Assembly: GCA_004022145.1 (NCBI GenBank) | Contig: RCNU01000001.1 | Source of the DNA: Paecilomyces variotii | Lineage: Eukaryota | Strand: one strand, 5' to 3' | Length of the DNA: 64,000 bases | Part shown: positions 1-13,347 of the stretch, piece after piece | How positions within the stretch are numbered: the first letter of the stretch is position 1 | How the letters are laid out: each line of letters opens with the position of its first letter | Position numbers and translations under genes: made by a program | Notes under the pieces: generated by a model | Seen by the model: only the letters and a program-made list of their open reading frames with translations | What the model was told of the DNA's origin: nothing | Databases searched by the model: none

Positions 1-395
1 TGAAAACCATCGCCATCCCTAAGTTTTCTTCGATGGTAGGCTGTAGGGTCTCGAGCAGACGCGCGCGGTCCTCTTGCAAGTCAAGAAGGGGATGTTTAGA
101 AGCATTAGGTGGAGCAGAGATTTCGAGATCTGGAGCTACATCCGGATATTCCTCTGGGTATGAGACCTGTAAAAACAGGATTGGCGGTTCTGCTTCGGTG
201 TCATAGTTCTCTGGAGGATCGAGAGTGATCAATATCCGGTATGATGTGTCGGATATATCTGATTAATCCATAGTGTTAGTAGACCTACGACTAAATTGGC
301 CCAAACTACTATCAAGATGGCAGTGTACCTGTAATCTCATCTGGAAAAATAGAGCTGAGCACCTCGCGCTCTTCGACCTGATCATCGCGACCCAT
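1..395 (-). CDS. GIR2: RWD-domain protein (Gir2/RWDD1-like), 5' part; runs off the window
   Basis: Manual translation: ATG at 395, exon 395-329 MGRDDQVEEREVLSSIFPDEIT, GT..AG intron 328-259, then DISDTSYRILITLD...LQVSYPEEYPDVAP...EENLGMAMVF. YPxxYPxxxP and LGMAMVF are RWD hallmarks. Confidence 0.88.
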
Positions 396-817
396 CCTTC
401 ATGTCCCCGCCAGCGGTATGGAGGGGTTTCGGAGTTTGATCTTTGACGCGGGGTAGGGAATTCCGGCAAAGGCCCAAGAAGACCGAAAGATATGAAAATT
501 AGAAGGAAAACAAATTTCCCTGGAATTCAAGAAAAGAGTATATGACTTTAGACGTCAATCCTGTCTGCGGGCTTCATTCACGTTCTGCGGTGCGTCGCAT
601 GGCTAATCGCTGTGACCCGTGCAAACTACACAAACTCGAGTATCCAAAAATTTGGCTCCGTATTCGAGGTCCCGTCTATTTCGGTCAGATTTTGAATGAA
701 CAACTCTGGCCTGTCATATTGTCCTTTATCTTTCTTCTTTGTTTAATTCATCCCTGATCGCAGAAGGATATATACAGATTTATTCGGCAAGAGAAAAACG
801 ACGAAAAAAAATTAGCC

Positions 818-2096
818 ATGGGCAAGACAAAGCCGAGCAATAAAAAGTCTCCAAAGTCCCGCGAAAAGTCCGTTCTCAGCGCCGGAGCTTCACTACAGTC
901 GAAACAAAAGCTGAACGAGGACCCCGCCACTCTACTCGACCAGGCGACCGTTCTCCTTCAGACTGGTCAGGCCGAGGCTGCTCTTCCTTTAGTCGAGCGA
1001 GCACTGAATCTTGTGCCCGCCAATTCGCCCAATGCCCTTTCAGCTCTGAATTTGATCGGGGAGGTGAACGTTGAACTGGGAGAGATTGATGCGGCGCGAC
1101 AATACTTCAAGCTCGCGGTGGATATAGATCCTGAGGGAAAGATACCTGAATCACAAGGCGGCGGAGCAGAGAAATTTCTATGGCTTGCTCAACTGAGCGA
1201 AGAAGGTGGAAAGGACAGTGTTCGGTGGTACGAAAGAGGTGTCTCCGCTCTCAGACAGATTATCCAGTCGTTAGAGCAGAGCGGTAAAGCGGAGGAAATT
1301 GCTCTGGCCGAAGAGAAGAAGCGGAAGTTGGCAAATGCCCTCTGTGCTGTTGTGGAAATCTACATGACTGATCTTTCGTACGTCTTGGATGTTCACGTCA
1401 AGCCTCGAACCAAAACTGACAATGACTAGGTGGGAAGATGACGCAGAGAGCAGATCTGAGTCGCTCGTAACCGAGGCCCTCTTCGTCGCTCCAGAGGCAC
1501 CGGAGTGTCTACAGACTCTGGCATCCGTTCGGATATCACAATTGCGGGTGGACGATGCCCGAGCAGCACTCTCTAGAAGTTTAGGATATTGGAAGGATCT
1601 GGCTCCGGAGGACCCCAAAGTCCCAGATTTCCCTACACGGATCAGTCTTTCGCGGCTTTTGATGGAGGTTCAAATGGAACTTGAAGCGCTAGAAGTCCTC
1701 GAGCGTCTGATCCTGGAGGACGACCACAGTGTCGAGGCGTGGTACCTTGGCGGATGGTGTCTCCATTTGCTGGCAGAAAAAGAACAGCCTCCGGCACCTG
1801 CGGACGCGGAGGAATCACCCGCTGAAAGACGACATGCTTCCCTCGTCGCCAGCCGCGAATGGCTGAAGCAGAGCTTGAAGTTATACGATCTCATCGACTA
1901 TGAGGACGTGAGACTCAAGGAGCATGCACTTGAGCTGGTTGAAGAACTGAACAAGGAACTAGGGGAGGACATGGATGATGAAAGCGATGCAGAGAATCCT
2001 CTGGCTGCAATGGAAGATGGTGACTGGGAGGAAGAGGAGATCGAAGTAGTGTCGGATGAGGACGAGGATGAGGATCACGAAATGGCGGACTCTTAA
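818..2096 (+). CDS. ACL4: TPR protein, Acl4-like assembly chaperone of ribosomal protein uL4
   Basis: Exons 818-1377 and 1430-2096 (GTACGT..TAG intron). TPR-like helices, KFLWLAQL, EIYMTDLSWE, AWYLGGW motifs and an acidic C-terminal tail. Confidence 0.8.
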
Positions 2097-2539
2097 CAAA
2101 AGCATTGCATGCATTGATTTTCTTTCGTAATTGGGAATGGGTTTTTGTCAGTGATACCAATAGAGGACCGTTTATATTTATCAGATCTATCGCTACATAC
2201 TTCCAGAAAAGGAAGTATGCTAGAGCTCTATGCCAACAGCATGATTCGCAGCGCACATCGTCAGTAGTTCCCTATCACTATAGACACTGATTGCCTCAAG
2301 AGTATTTCAAAAGTAATTTTGTTCGCCACTCTTCTGTAGATAAGGTATTCAGTAAATCCTGAGATCTAGTTAACCCATCATTGGCGAGACCGGAACACGT
2401 TCGGGTAAATTGATTATCCGTGCGGCCACCCGGAGATGACCATAGAGCATGAGAACAAGTCAAAGAAAGCGGCAAGGACCAATGTGAGCTAGCGCTGTGT
2501 TATTCTGCTCGCTGGGGGCGTCCGCTCTTCCTTTTCACA

Positions 2540-4252
2540 ATGGACTTGGTTTCAGCACCAGGTGGGGAGAGCTCATCGTTGAAGACGCCTGTGGTCGAGC
2601 CGGAAGTCGCTGATATGGCGTCCGGCGATCAGGAACTGAAACGGGCTGTTCACCCAGAGACGCGCCCAGAGGGGGACAACACGTCACATTCTGAACCTGA
2701 TACTGATAGCGAGGCTTCTGGGGAGGAATGGGAAACAGAGTCCCTTTACGAGGATTCTTTGCAGATTGTTCAGGACGAGCAGCTCCGTGATGGAGGTACG
2801 GAACCTTGATACCTAGGTCTTGGGTCTATGTGATCCGTCGCGGCTAACTTGACTTCCAGTGCCTGATGCATGTACTCTGGAGGAAGCAATCGCGTATCGC
2901 AAACGTCTGCATGAGCTGGGGAAAGTAGCTTTTGTTGAGGATACTCTGGGAAAGGGGACTATCTCCGCCAAGAAGCTCTGCACTGCCTTTGGGATAATAC
3001 CGCCAGCCTTCCTCGAGGATGCCCCTGATGAGGCATTTCACCCACTTCTTGCCATCGCCATATCGCGTGAGTTCTCCAAGAGGCAGAAGCTTCCGCAGTA
3101 CAATACTATCGAGGATGCTGTTGAGTTGCTCAAGAAATCCAACAATATCATTGTGATCACTGGAGCTGGAGTAGGATTCCTTTACGCTTTTCATGTCGAA
3201 GTCACATTGCTAACGTGACATGTTAGATTTCTACCAGTCTCGGAATCCCTGATTTCCGTTCCAAGGGCACTGGCTTATACGCGAGGCTTGAGCATCTTGG
3301 TCTCAGTGACCCTCAGGAGGTCTTTGACATCCATCTCTTCCGCGAGGACCCCAGCATCTTCTTCTCTGTTGCGAAGGATATCCTTCCGAATGAGAAGAAG
3401 TTCTCCCCCACTCATGCCTTCATCCGTCTGCTCCAGGACCAGGGAAAGTTGCTTACCAACTATACCCAGAACATTGATAATATCGAAGCAAATGCTGGCG
3501 TGCTTCCAGAGAAGATTGTCCAGTGTCATGGTTCATTTGCTACCGCCACCTGTATGAAATGTGGACACAAAGTCTCGGGAGAATCCATTGCCGACGAGAT
3601 CAAGAGAGGAGAAATACCTGAGTGCGTGGCTTGTAAAGAACAGCTCGCACGGGATACGTTGAGACCGCAGGGCATGAAACGAAAGAGAAGCTCGAACGGT
3701 TCTCAGAAGGACCGTAAAAAGAACTCGTCGGAGAGCAGTTCTGATGAATATGACATCCCAACTCCAGGCATCATGAAGGTTGGTTTCCAGACTCTTATCT
3801 CCATGATTCGAGTACTCTTGCTAAGCACGCGCTAGCCCGATATTACCTTCTTCGGGGAGGATCTGCCAGACGAGTTCGGCCGTCGTTTGATCCATCATGA
3901 CCGCGACAAAGCGGATCTAGTCATTGTCATCGGAACATCGCTCAAGGTGGCCCCGGTCGCGGAGGTGCCCGGTATCTTGCCGCGCGATGTTCCTCAACTA
4001 TACATATCACGAACAGTGAGTGATACCTAAGATACTATACCGTTCGACTATCATACTGACTCTCTCAAGCCTGTTTCTCATATTGGTTTTGATATAGACA
4101 TGTTAGGAGACTGCGACGTTGTGGTATCCGAACTCTGCCGCCGGGCTGGATGGGACTTGAAACATGAAATGATACCCGAGAACGAAAGAGTAGAGGTTGT
4201 GAAGGAGGAAGGTTATGATTCACGATATATTTTCAAGGTTGTAGGCGCATAG
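2540..4252 (+). CDS. SIR2: Sir2-family NAD-dependent histone deacetylase (class I, Sir2/Hst1-like)
   Basis: Exons 2540-2795, 2860-3170, 3227-3778, 3836-4015, 4070-4252. [30 protein letters not shown], CxxC..CxxC zinc site, [18 protein letters not shown]. Confidence 0.93.
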
Positions 4253-4859
4253 CGGTGGAGTTGGTGGTAGCATATCAGTTCAGTTGCTCATGTCGGTTTG
4301 ACTTCGATAACAGGGCGTACCTGAGTTTGTGCTAAGACTGTGGGCTGCAGATTTGGGGATTATTGTGCTTCAAGCAGATTACCATGGCAGATTACAGAAT
4401 CATGTATCAACAATTCGGCAGAAAGGGGCTAGTAATCAGTTCTCATAATGGTTTATGCAGACATCAGTATAGGTATTCTCAGGTAGAGTCTAAATTTTCT
4501 ATTCGTTAATGCATTCAACAGGTCATGAAATTGAAATTATAGCATTTTCCGGTCATAAGTCGTGATAAATATTTGTCGAAATAAAGTATATACGGCTGGG
4601 CTGCGCGGGAAACCTCATCAAGATTTTGCAAAAATATAAAATTATCCCACCGTGAACCAAAAAATCTGCAAATCAGACCCGAACGTACTCACAACCCCAC
4701 TACCTCAGGCAACGAATCGAATCATCATATCCTAAAAAATAATCACGTCAAGAAACAGGAAAAAATAAAATAAAAAAAAGCAATATACACGACTCTAGAC
4801 AGGAGAAAAAGAAAAAGCGACAGGACTTTTTTTTTCCAGGTTGGCGTCACCCTCCAGAA

Positions 4860-6563
4860 ATGGAATATCTTATCCGCTTCGCGCAAGCGCACGAGACATT
4901 CCGACGCCCGGAGATACAGGCGCTGGCGACTCTTGCGGGGGTGGATGTTGAGTTTCTTTCATATGATCAGTTCGTATGTTGGTTGATAATTTCCATATGT
5001 TCATCATGAGCTTTTCGTCTTTTCTGCGCATTTGATCAACGCAGCGCTAATACGTCCCCCTTCATAGTCACCATACGCCGTCGTCAAGGTCCAAGATGAG
5101 AGAGCGGCACGAGCCCTCATTGAGAGAAGTGTCCTCGCGAAGGACATCATCGAAATCTGGGGCCAGGGCACGACGTATGACGAACTGCACGCCGATGTCC
5201 GCAGGCGGACCTCGGACCGCTGGGCGGCGTTCAACGATGTTTCGTTCCGCTTCACAGTCGACAGTTATGCTCTCAAGCGCAGTCAGCGCGAGAAGCGGGA
5301 TATCATCCAATCCTTTGCTTATTTAGGCTTCGATGGACCAATCCGGATGAAGGATCCGGATGAGGATTTCTGGGTGCTTGAAGAGCATACTTCTGATTTG
5401 GAGATTGCGCGAACTAACCCGGGAGCAGTCTCATCAGATCAAGATCAGACGACGCAGTCTATGCAAATAGGACAGCTGGAAAAGATCTATTTCGGCAGAT
5501 GGATCGCATCTGGGAGTCGGGATCTGGTGGCGAAGTATGATCTTAAGAAGAGACGCTATATCAGTACGACTTCCATGGATGCGGAGTTGAGTCTGGTTAC
5601 TGCGAATATGGCTCTCGCGGCACCGGGGAAAGTATTCTTTGACCCGTTCGTAGGGACGGGCAGTTTCTGCGTTGCGGCCGCTCATTATGGTGCTTTGACG
5701 CTGGGATCGGATATCGATCCACGGAGTTTCAGGGGGAAGGAGGAAATGTCCAAGGGCAAACCGATGGCCTTGATGCTCAATTTCCAGCAGTATGGTCTGG
5801 AGAGTCGGTTTTTGGATACTTTCACCTCTGACCTGACCAATACCCCCCTCCGCGACGTGCCGCTCCTGGACGGGATCGTGTGCGATCCTCCGTACGGCGT
5901 CCGTGAAGGACTAAGAGTGTTGGGTCTTCGAGATGGGAGGAAGGATGAGATTTTTGTAGACGGTGTTCCGGCTCATCTGTATGCTGTCTTGACACTGCAT
6001 GATAAAGTTCCATGAAGATCTAACACTTGGTACAGAAAACCCGGTTACATCGCTCCGAAAAGACCGTACGGCTTCGAAGCAATGCTTAGGGACATACTCA
6101 ATTTCGCATCTCGAACTCTCGTTGTCGGGGGTCGACTCTCCATGTGGATGCCCACCGCCAGTGACGAAGATATCGAACTCGAAATCCCAACACATCCGAA
6201 CCTAGAAGTCGTCAGTGTCTGCGTGCAGCCATTCAATAACTGTCAGTATATTACTGTGGTATACACTATTACTTCCTGCAGAACTAACTCATTATCTGCT
6301 GTACAGGGTCGAGGAGACTTATCACATACAGCAGACTACCGGAGGGGGTCGTCGCTGAGAATAAATTCATACGCCAAAGACAGGATAACCCGAATGGAGT
6401 TAGTGCTGATGATCTTAACGCGTTCAGGAGAAAGGTAAGTTTGAATGAATTGGAACACTTGTATTATGTCCGGGAAAGATATCGAAACTGACTGACTTAC
6501 TCCTAGTACTTTATGAAAAATTCCAAGAGGGACACTAAGACACCTGCTCAAACCCAGGACTAG
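4860..6563 (+). CDS. TRM11: tRNA (guanine-10-N2)-methyltransferase catalytic subunit
   Basis: Exons 4860-4973, 5068-5978, 6036-6241, 6307-6434, 6507-6563. MEYLIRFAQAHETFR start, YISTTSMDAELSL, DPFVGTGS (SAM motif I), CDPPYGVRE. Confidence 0.93.
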
Positions 6564-6774
6564 AAGGCATATCAATGGATCACATGGGAATAGAAAAAAA
6601 AGGGCTTTCAGGGACGATTGCATCTCGATAGAATGTCCGAGTGAGTACATACATGAAGCGTTATCAATGCGCCTCCCGCGCTGCGAGACATGAAAAAGTG
6701 ATGACACCACGCAAAATATCCGTTTATATAAACGCTATCCAAACGTGACAAAAGAAAATAGAAACTCTGTAACT

Positions 6775-7762
6775 TCACAACTTCACCTGACTTCTTCCTT
6801 TCTGCTCTGGCTTAGAATCTATATCGAGGTCTATCCCCTCGGATTCCTTGATGCGAATGACCTCCCTGGCTAGTTCTTCTCTCATGGCCTGGGCGAGCTG
6901 CTCGCCTTCTTCATCGTCGAGGTCGTCTCTTTGCCCCCGGCCGAACATCACCCAACTCATCTTGGTGCCGGTAGGAACCACGTCGGTATTTGGTCGTGGA
7001 ATTACATGGAAATGAACGTGGGGAACGAGCTGGGCTGCTCGTGCGCCTGTTGGGAAGAGTGATGGATATGAGCAAATAAAACATGTAGACATCTAACTCC
7101 ATACTCCATAGAGAATTCAAAAGAAAAGTTCGAGAAAAAGAAGTGTAGGACCTATCCATATCAAGGTGTAGATAAATAAACAAAACAGGACTTCAGAAGA
7201 AGCCCAAGAAGAAAAAAAAAAAAAGAAAAAAGAAAATACTCACCGTTATTCTGTACAACGTTCCAGTGCATATCAGACTCTGGTGCATCCTTGCCCAGCA
7301 CCGTCCTGGTCACGACCCTTGAGATGATAGGTAGCCACTTCCCGAGCTGCAATAACGACAGTGGATATCAGCAGGCAAATAAAATATTCATGGAAATTCA
7401 ACAGATAAAGAGAACCCCGAAACATATGCATCAAAAAGAACTATGAATACAACAAGAAGAAAATCTTAAGAACCCACCTCCTGACCATCTTGCACCCCGA
7501 CCTCACCTAACTTTTCGTGATGCCCTCTCGTGATGAGCAACAGGTGTCCCCTTGTCAAGGGCATGATATCTAGAAATGCGAGAACGTGCCTGGTCGACAG
7601 GACTAAATGAGCCTGTCCTTCTGAGCTGGTCGAAGGTGATGCTGTTTTAGACGACGACGATGATGATCTGTCAGAGAGGAATGAAGAAGGGGCGATAGGA
7701 GGATATGAAGATGAGATTTTGCAAAAGGGACATGATGAAGAGGTCGTTGGATGAGATATCAT
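6775..7762 (-). CDS. HIT-family (Hint-like) nucleotide hydrolase
   Basis: Exons 7762-7478, 7346-7244, 7046-6775. CPFC, AFLDIMPLTRGHLL, QNNG..AAQLVPHVHFHVIP histidine triad. Confidence 0.9.
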
Positions 7763-9003
7763 AGTGTTGATGTTGGAAGACAAATGGATTCTATGCCGAT
7801 GTACGGAGTACTATTTGGTCTTCAAGATTAGATCCCTTTGGATCAGAGTTGTCACCCTCGATGGTGTCTCAGAAGGCTGCCTGGAAGGGATCGTTTTTCA
7901 ACCAATATCTCTGCTTCATGCGTCCTTGTTCTCTAGATTCTCAAGGGAAAGTAAATTAGACGAGAACAGATTGGAAGGCAAGAGGTAGCTAATTAGCTAA
8001 CCTGCACGTCAGGATACGGGGTCCGAACAAGATGAATTAAGATTGATGCATCGGTGTCGTTACACATATAATTAGAATGCAGAAAGAAAATCTCACAGAT
8101 ATGGACCAACACAGTAGATAGCTGTAGATGGCCACTCACTATCTTCAAAAAGAGAGAGAGAGTGGGATGTTCTTGCGGACACGATTGGATGCAGGTCGGG
8201 GTACCGAGGTTCGGGTGTTGCCGCTGACAGCGCCTTCGACAAACTGCACGGATTCAGATCATCTAAGTAGACATCTAAGAGATTATTGGACGAACAGGCC
8301 AAGTAATTCTAAACAACACCAAAGGTTCAAGAAATTGTTCAAGGTAGAACTCTAACAGAATTGCAAGATTTGCTACACATTATTTTACCTCCAGCCTCGG
8401 CCGTTACCCTGTACTTGCTTTGCCCACGAAACACCTATTTCCATATCATCCAGGCTCCATGAGCCATTTGGGGTGTGCTGCAAGGAATTAGCCATCCAGC
8501 AGGCAACCCGACTCCACAAAGTCCCTCTTGAGTAGCGCTTATGCTCGTTATGTGTGCAGGAGACTGCATAGCAATTTCCACGTAAGACAAGAATATGAAA
8601 GGGCTACGCGACGAAACGGTGCCAGATGAACCCATGAGGAAGAAAGGCATCAATATCAAAAAGGTGCTGCAGCCGTAATGAAAAAATTATTCCCAACCGT
8701 AGAACATCCGACGCCAGGAACACGGGTAGGTCACAGAAATGAGAATGATCAGAATGTAAAAGAGCAAAAGCAACCACAGCAGACAAGTGGAGAAGGGTGA
8801 AACAGCACGAGAACCCATCGCTGCCAGTAAACAATGAAACCAAAACCAAAACCCAGAAGAACGCAACAATGCCGTCATCCCATATGCAATAGATACTCCC
8901 ATCAGCCGTCAGAAAAAATATGAGCAAAGGGCAACAGGCATAATGAAAATCCATTTCCTCAGTTGTCTCTGGGAAGGGTACAATAGTCACGAGCCCCTCG
9001 AAA

Positions 9004-10702
9004 CTATTGGGCAGACTTCTTATAGCTGTAGCCCTCCGTGAGCGAGCTCTTGATGTATAGATGCTGGTACTTCTTCGCCCATTGACGGGTGAGGATAGAG
9101 GCTAACACGCGTTAGTAAAGCTTCAGAGAAGGAGGACATCTATGACTATTTACCTTTGAGGAACTTCTTGCTGGCGTACTTCTTGAAGAAGGCCTCGTGA
9201 GCCACGGGACGGTGAAGGTAGTCAATCATCAGTCGGAAGACAGGCAGGATCTCTTCTTCGGTATAACCGGCGTAATGCGCGAGAGTTGCATCCTAGATCA
9301 CGATTAGCTCAGTCATAAATGGGGTCCGGTTGAATGTTCGTCACTTACCCATGCGCCCCGGTCGAGGATCAAGCGCGCGAGGTACATGGCAGCAGCAGCA
9401 ACATGGCTTTGACGGTACTCCATGAATCTGTGGTCCAACAGGCTGATCTCCATGAGATACTTTCCCAGTGTTCTCGTTTGGATGTCGTAGTTGTCTGCCT
9501 TGGAGATTCTACGCAGGAAGTTCATTGGGTTGGGGTAGCTCATGTTGTAGTCCAGAGTGGCAAGAACGTGTCGCTCAGCGTCCAGGATCTCCTTGTCTGA
9601 GAAGGTCTCATCGGCAACGTGGCTGAAGTTGGCAACATGGGGTGAGAGCACCTCCTCGTACTTGGAGGCGATGAACATGGCAGTGACGCCAACCAGCTGA
9701 AGACGGTCGAGAGCGACGACCTCGGCGGAGAGGAAGCGGTCGATGATGTTGACCGCCAGGAAGAGGGTCTCGGGCAGCAGACGGAAACGCGTGTGCACTT
9801 CGATCAGCCAGTCGACAAGGATGCCTCGCATCTTCCACTCCAGGTCCGGTTGGTGTTCAATGTAGTCAGGGTTGGGCAAAGTCTCCAGCTCCAGATCCCT
9901 CATGTAATCAAAGATCTCGACAACATACTCTGCAACCATGAGAGGGTCATCCAGATCTTCTTCATCCAGGTTCTGGGGCACGTCGATGTACTCTTCCTTG
10001 CCCACCTCTGCCTCAGCAACGACATCCTCCTTGATAGCGGTAGCTGCCTTTTCCACGACAGCCTTCTCGACATCAACCTTCTTGCGAGGAGGCTCCTCCG
10101 CATGGGAAGTTTCTTCCTTAACCGACTTCTGGCTAGAGGTTCTCTTCATTTGCGTGCTACCCATCACACCCGAGCCACTTCCCGGGCGCTTCGGCTCAGG
10201 GACGGCGGCCTTCTTGCTGTTGACATCGCGGGTACCGAGAGCGGTCCGCGAGGTGTTGGTGCGGCTCAGTTTCTGGACGCCTCCTGCATGGCCGGTGACC
10301 TTAGAGGCCAGGCCAGTCTTGGTGGTTGCCTTCTTCGCATCCTTCGTATCTTTGACATCTGCGTTTTCAGTCTTGGTCACGTTGCTAACATCTCCAAGGG
10401 CAGCTCGTCTCCTCTGAGTGCCAGTGGCCGTTGTGGTCGTGGTAGCCTTCTTGCTCTGAAGGGGCTTCTTTGCTGGCTGGGTAATCTGAACTTCTGGCGC
10501 TGAAAGAGCAGCAGCCTTGGCTCTGGTCAGACGCGTCGAGGCGCCATTCTCATCGTTTTCGTTGGTGATTGCGCGCGTACGCAGACTTCGTGCCTGAGAT
10601 ATGGTCAATGATGAGTTAGACACGCTATGTGGTGACTCAATCGATGAGGTAGACATGTCGACTGTTCAGGGGAGACATCAATCAATGGCTTACCGGAGGC
10701 AT
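9004..10702 (-). CDS. nimE: G2/M B-type cyclin (NimE/Cdc13/Clb-like)
   Basis: Exons 10702-10694 (MPP), 10593-9349, 9292-9154, 9101-9004. Destruction box RAALGDVSN, cyclin box MRGILVDWLIEVH, LQLVGVTAMFIASKYEE, KKYASKKFLK. Confidence 0.95.
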
Positions 10703-12070
10703 TGTTGTCGGCCCTCAGAGATTACAGGGACGCGTTAAAAAAAGAACTGGAAGGGGACAGGTGAAGAAGTAGGCTCAGAAGCCGTTCAGAAATCGTCAAG
10801 GTTCCGTTAGAGTGACCTGTTGCTGCACATTCCGTTCAAGATTAACGTGGATCAAATACCAGAGAACGAGTGCACGTACCACGCGTGAAAATGTGGCCAA
10901 TCGACGAGCGGGTGTTCCCTTGTGAGCGTTGAGAGGGCAATGCTACGTGCAGCAGAGGAATTCGATCGTGGAAAGTGCTGAATGGCAGATCGAGAGCATC
11001 CAAAGGCTCTGTTGACGTGGATGACCAGTGGTGGATCAGGACGTGAACGAAGCTGCAACGACGCGAAGTTGGCTTCAAACAGAGGTTTTTGAGAAATCTC
11101 AAAGGTGCGCAATGGGTATCAATGGTGAAGCAAAGCAGGCATGGACAAAGTGGTCAAGCAAAAGACCGTGAAGGCCAGCAGCAGGTGTTCGCGAGGATGG
11201 TGGTTGGATTAATTAAAGAGGTTCGAGTTGGCAGGGCACGGCGATGTTTGGCCCTCTCCTAGCGCGGCACCTGGCGTCAGGCTGAGGATGCCCCACGGCA
11301 CAACAGCCAAGCAGAGCCGTAGACAAGCTAGAAATGCTGACTGTACAATAATACAGAGCTATGATGCGCACTGGGCCAGCGAAGAATCTGGCCTGGGACG
11401 CAATGCCACGATACTCTCTGCTGGGGGATGAGGGATGTTGAAGGGAGTATGCACAGAGAAGAGGTAAGAGCCAATTTGGGAGAGCAATCGGGAGATGATT
11501 CGAGGTGCAAGACAAGAAAGCCAGCTGGGGGGATAAATTAAATACAAGAGGGAAACGTCGTCTGGGGAGAATTTCAACGTAGATACCGGTCGACGGCGTC
11601 AGGGCTGCCCGAGAAGCGAGAGACGTGCTGCCAGAGCGCGCTTGTGGACCCGCGAGGGAGAAAAAAACAAAGCGTTGCCGGGCAACAACTCGCGCTGGAC
11701 GTGTTGGCGTTGATGGAAGCGTCACGGGTTCACGGGTCACGGGTAACGCACGGTCACGGGCGACGTGTAACTTGTAAGGGACTCAGCCTCTGTGGCTGGG
11801 CACAGTCGAAGTCACATGACTTTCTCACTAGCCACACCCGTGATCTCGGTCCCAAGACACTTTTTCTGAACGCCAGACTGAGCAACGGCTGGCCACTCAC
11901 TAACGCTGGCACGTCGGGGAACGAAAGACGTCTTGGATTGATTTATATCGGATCAGTGGGCCATGATCCAAGGTTCATAGATCTGGTATCACCTCAATTG
12001 ATTCTCCAGATTCGGCGAGACAACTTCGTACACAAAGGCCTGTCCTTTGTTCCAGTCTCCCGACACGGCC

Positions 12071-13347
12071 ATGCTTCAGCCTCGGTTGGCCCTGAGGGCC
12101 ATCCAGCTACCCTATCGGGCACTGTCCTTAGTCGCTTCCAGGCCGTATTCCTCGGTCATCCAAGAAAGCAATCCTCCCCCGGCTGGTGAATCATCCTCGT
12201 CCGCCAGCTTTGACCCCAGCATCGCATTCGCTCCGCCCCCAACCCGAGATGAGGCCGGTGTCCAGCTACGAACCTACACTCCGCGGACGCCTGGTATCAG
12301 ACATTTGAGGAGACCGATCAACGACCATCTTTGGAAAGGACGACCGGTGCACAAGCTGACATTCCCCAAAAGAGGTCAGGCAAAAGGTGGTCGCAATAAC
12401 ACAGGAAAAGTCACCGTGAGACATCGCGGAGGAGGTCACAAGCGAAGAATCCGTATCGTCGATTTCGAGCGGAGAGCACCGGGTCCGCATGTCGTGGAGC
12501 GGATCGAACATGACCCCGGACGAACCGCACATATCGCCTTGGTGAGAAGCAAAGACACAAACCAGCTAAGTTACATCTTGGCCGCAGAAGGAATGAGAGC
12601 GGGCGATGTTGTGCAGAGCTACATGTCGGGTATCCCAGAGGATCTCTGGAAGAGTATGGGTGGTGTCGTTGATCCCGGTGTGCTCGCCGCGAGAACCGCA
12701 TGGAGAGGTAACTGTCTGCCATTGCACATGATTCCCATTGGAACTCTGATCTTCAACGTGGGATTGAGACCTGGCAAAGGAGGACAGCTATGTCGAAGCG
12801 CTGGCACTTTCGCAACCGTCGTTGCCAAGGGTGAAGAGTCTCCGCAGAAGGACGACGCCGTCGAAGGTGACGCGGAGGGTCAGACAGAGGAGAAGAAACC
12901 CATGACCCAGCGAGAGAAGCAAAAGCTCGAGCGTGCGATGCAACACATTACGATCCGTCTCCAGAGTGGTGAAGTCAGACTCATCCACAAGGACTGCTGC
13001 GCAACCATTGGCGTTGCTAGCAACCCCAACTACCAGTATACCCAGATCGGAAAGGCTGGACGATCACGATGGCTCAACATCCGACCGACTGTTCGTGGTC
13101 TTGCAATGAACGCAGCCGATCATCCTCATGGTGGTGGACGAGGAAAGTCCAAGGGAAATGTCGATCCCAAGAGTCCCTGGGGTTTACCGGTATGTTCTAT
13201 TATGGCATCCTTTCATTTGCTATGTATTACTTACACAATTCATAGGCAAAATCTGGTTACAAGACCCGTCCGAAGTGGAAGATCAACAAGGCCGTGGTTG
13301 TTCCTCGCCCTCGCAACCAGGGCAAGCGTCGCAGAGGCTACAACTAA
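12071..13347 (+). CDS. RML2: Mitochondrial ribosomal protein uL2m
   Basis: Exons 12071-13189 and 13246-13347. Basic presequence MLQPRLALRAIQLPYRALS, GGRNNTGKVTVRHRGGGHKR, RPTVRGLAMNAADHPHGGGRG. Confidence 0.95.

Noticed and set aside
8604..8990. 128-aa hydrophobic ORF after the cyclin stop
   Set aside because: Non-ATG start, inside a T-rich 3' UTR that explains the composition.
9793..10503. Long antisense ORFs over cyclin B (also over DIS3, the MFS gene and DNA2)
   Set aside because: Shadows of codon bias on the opposite strand; no motifs.
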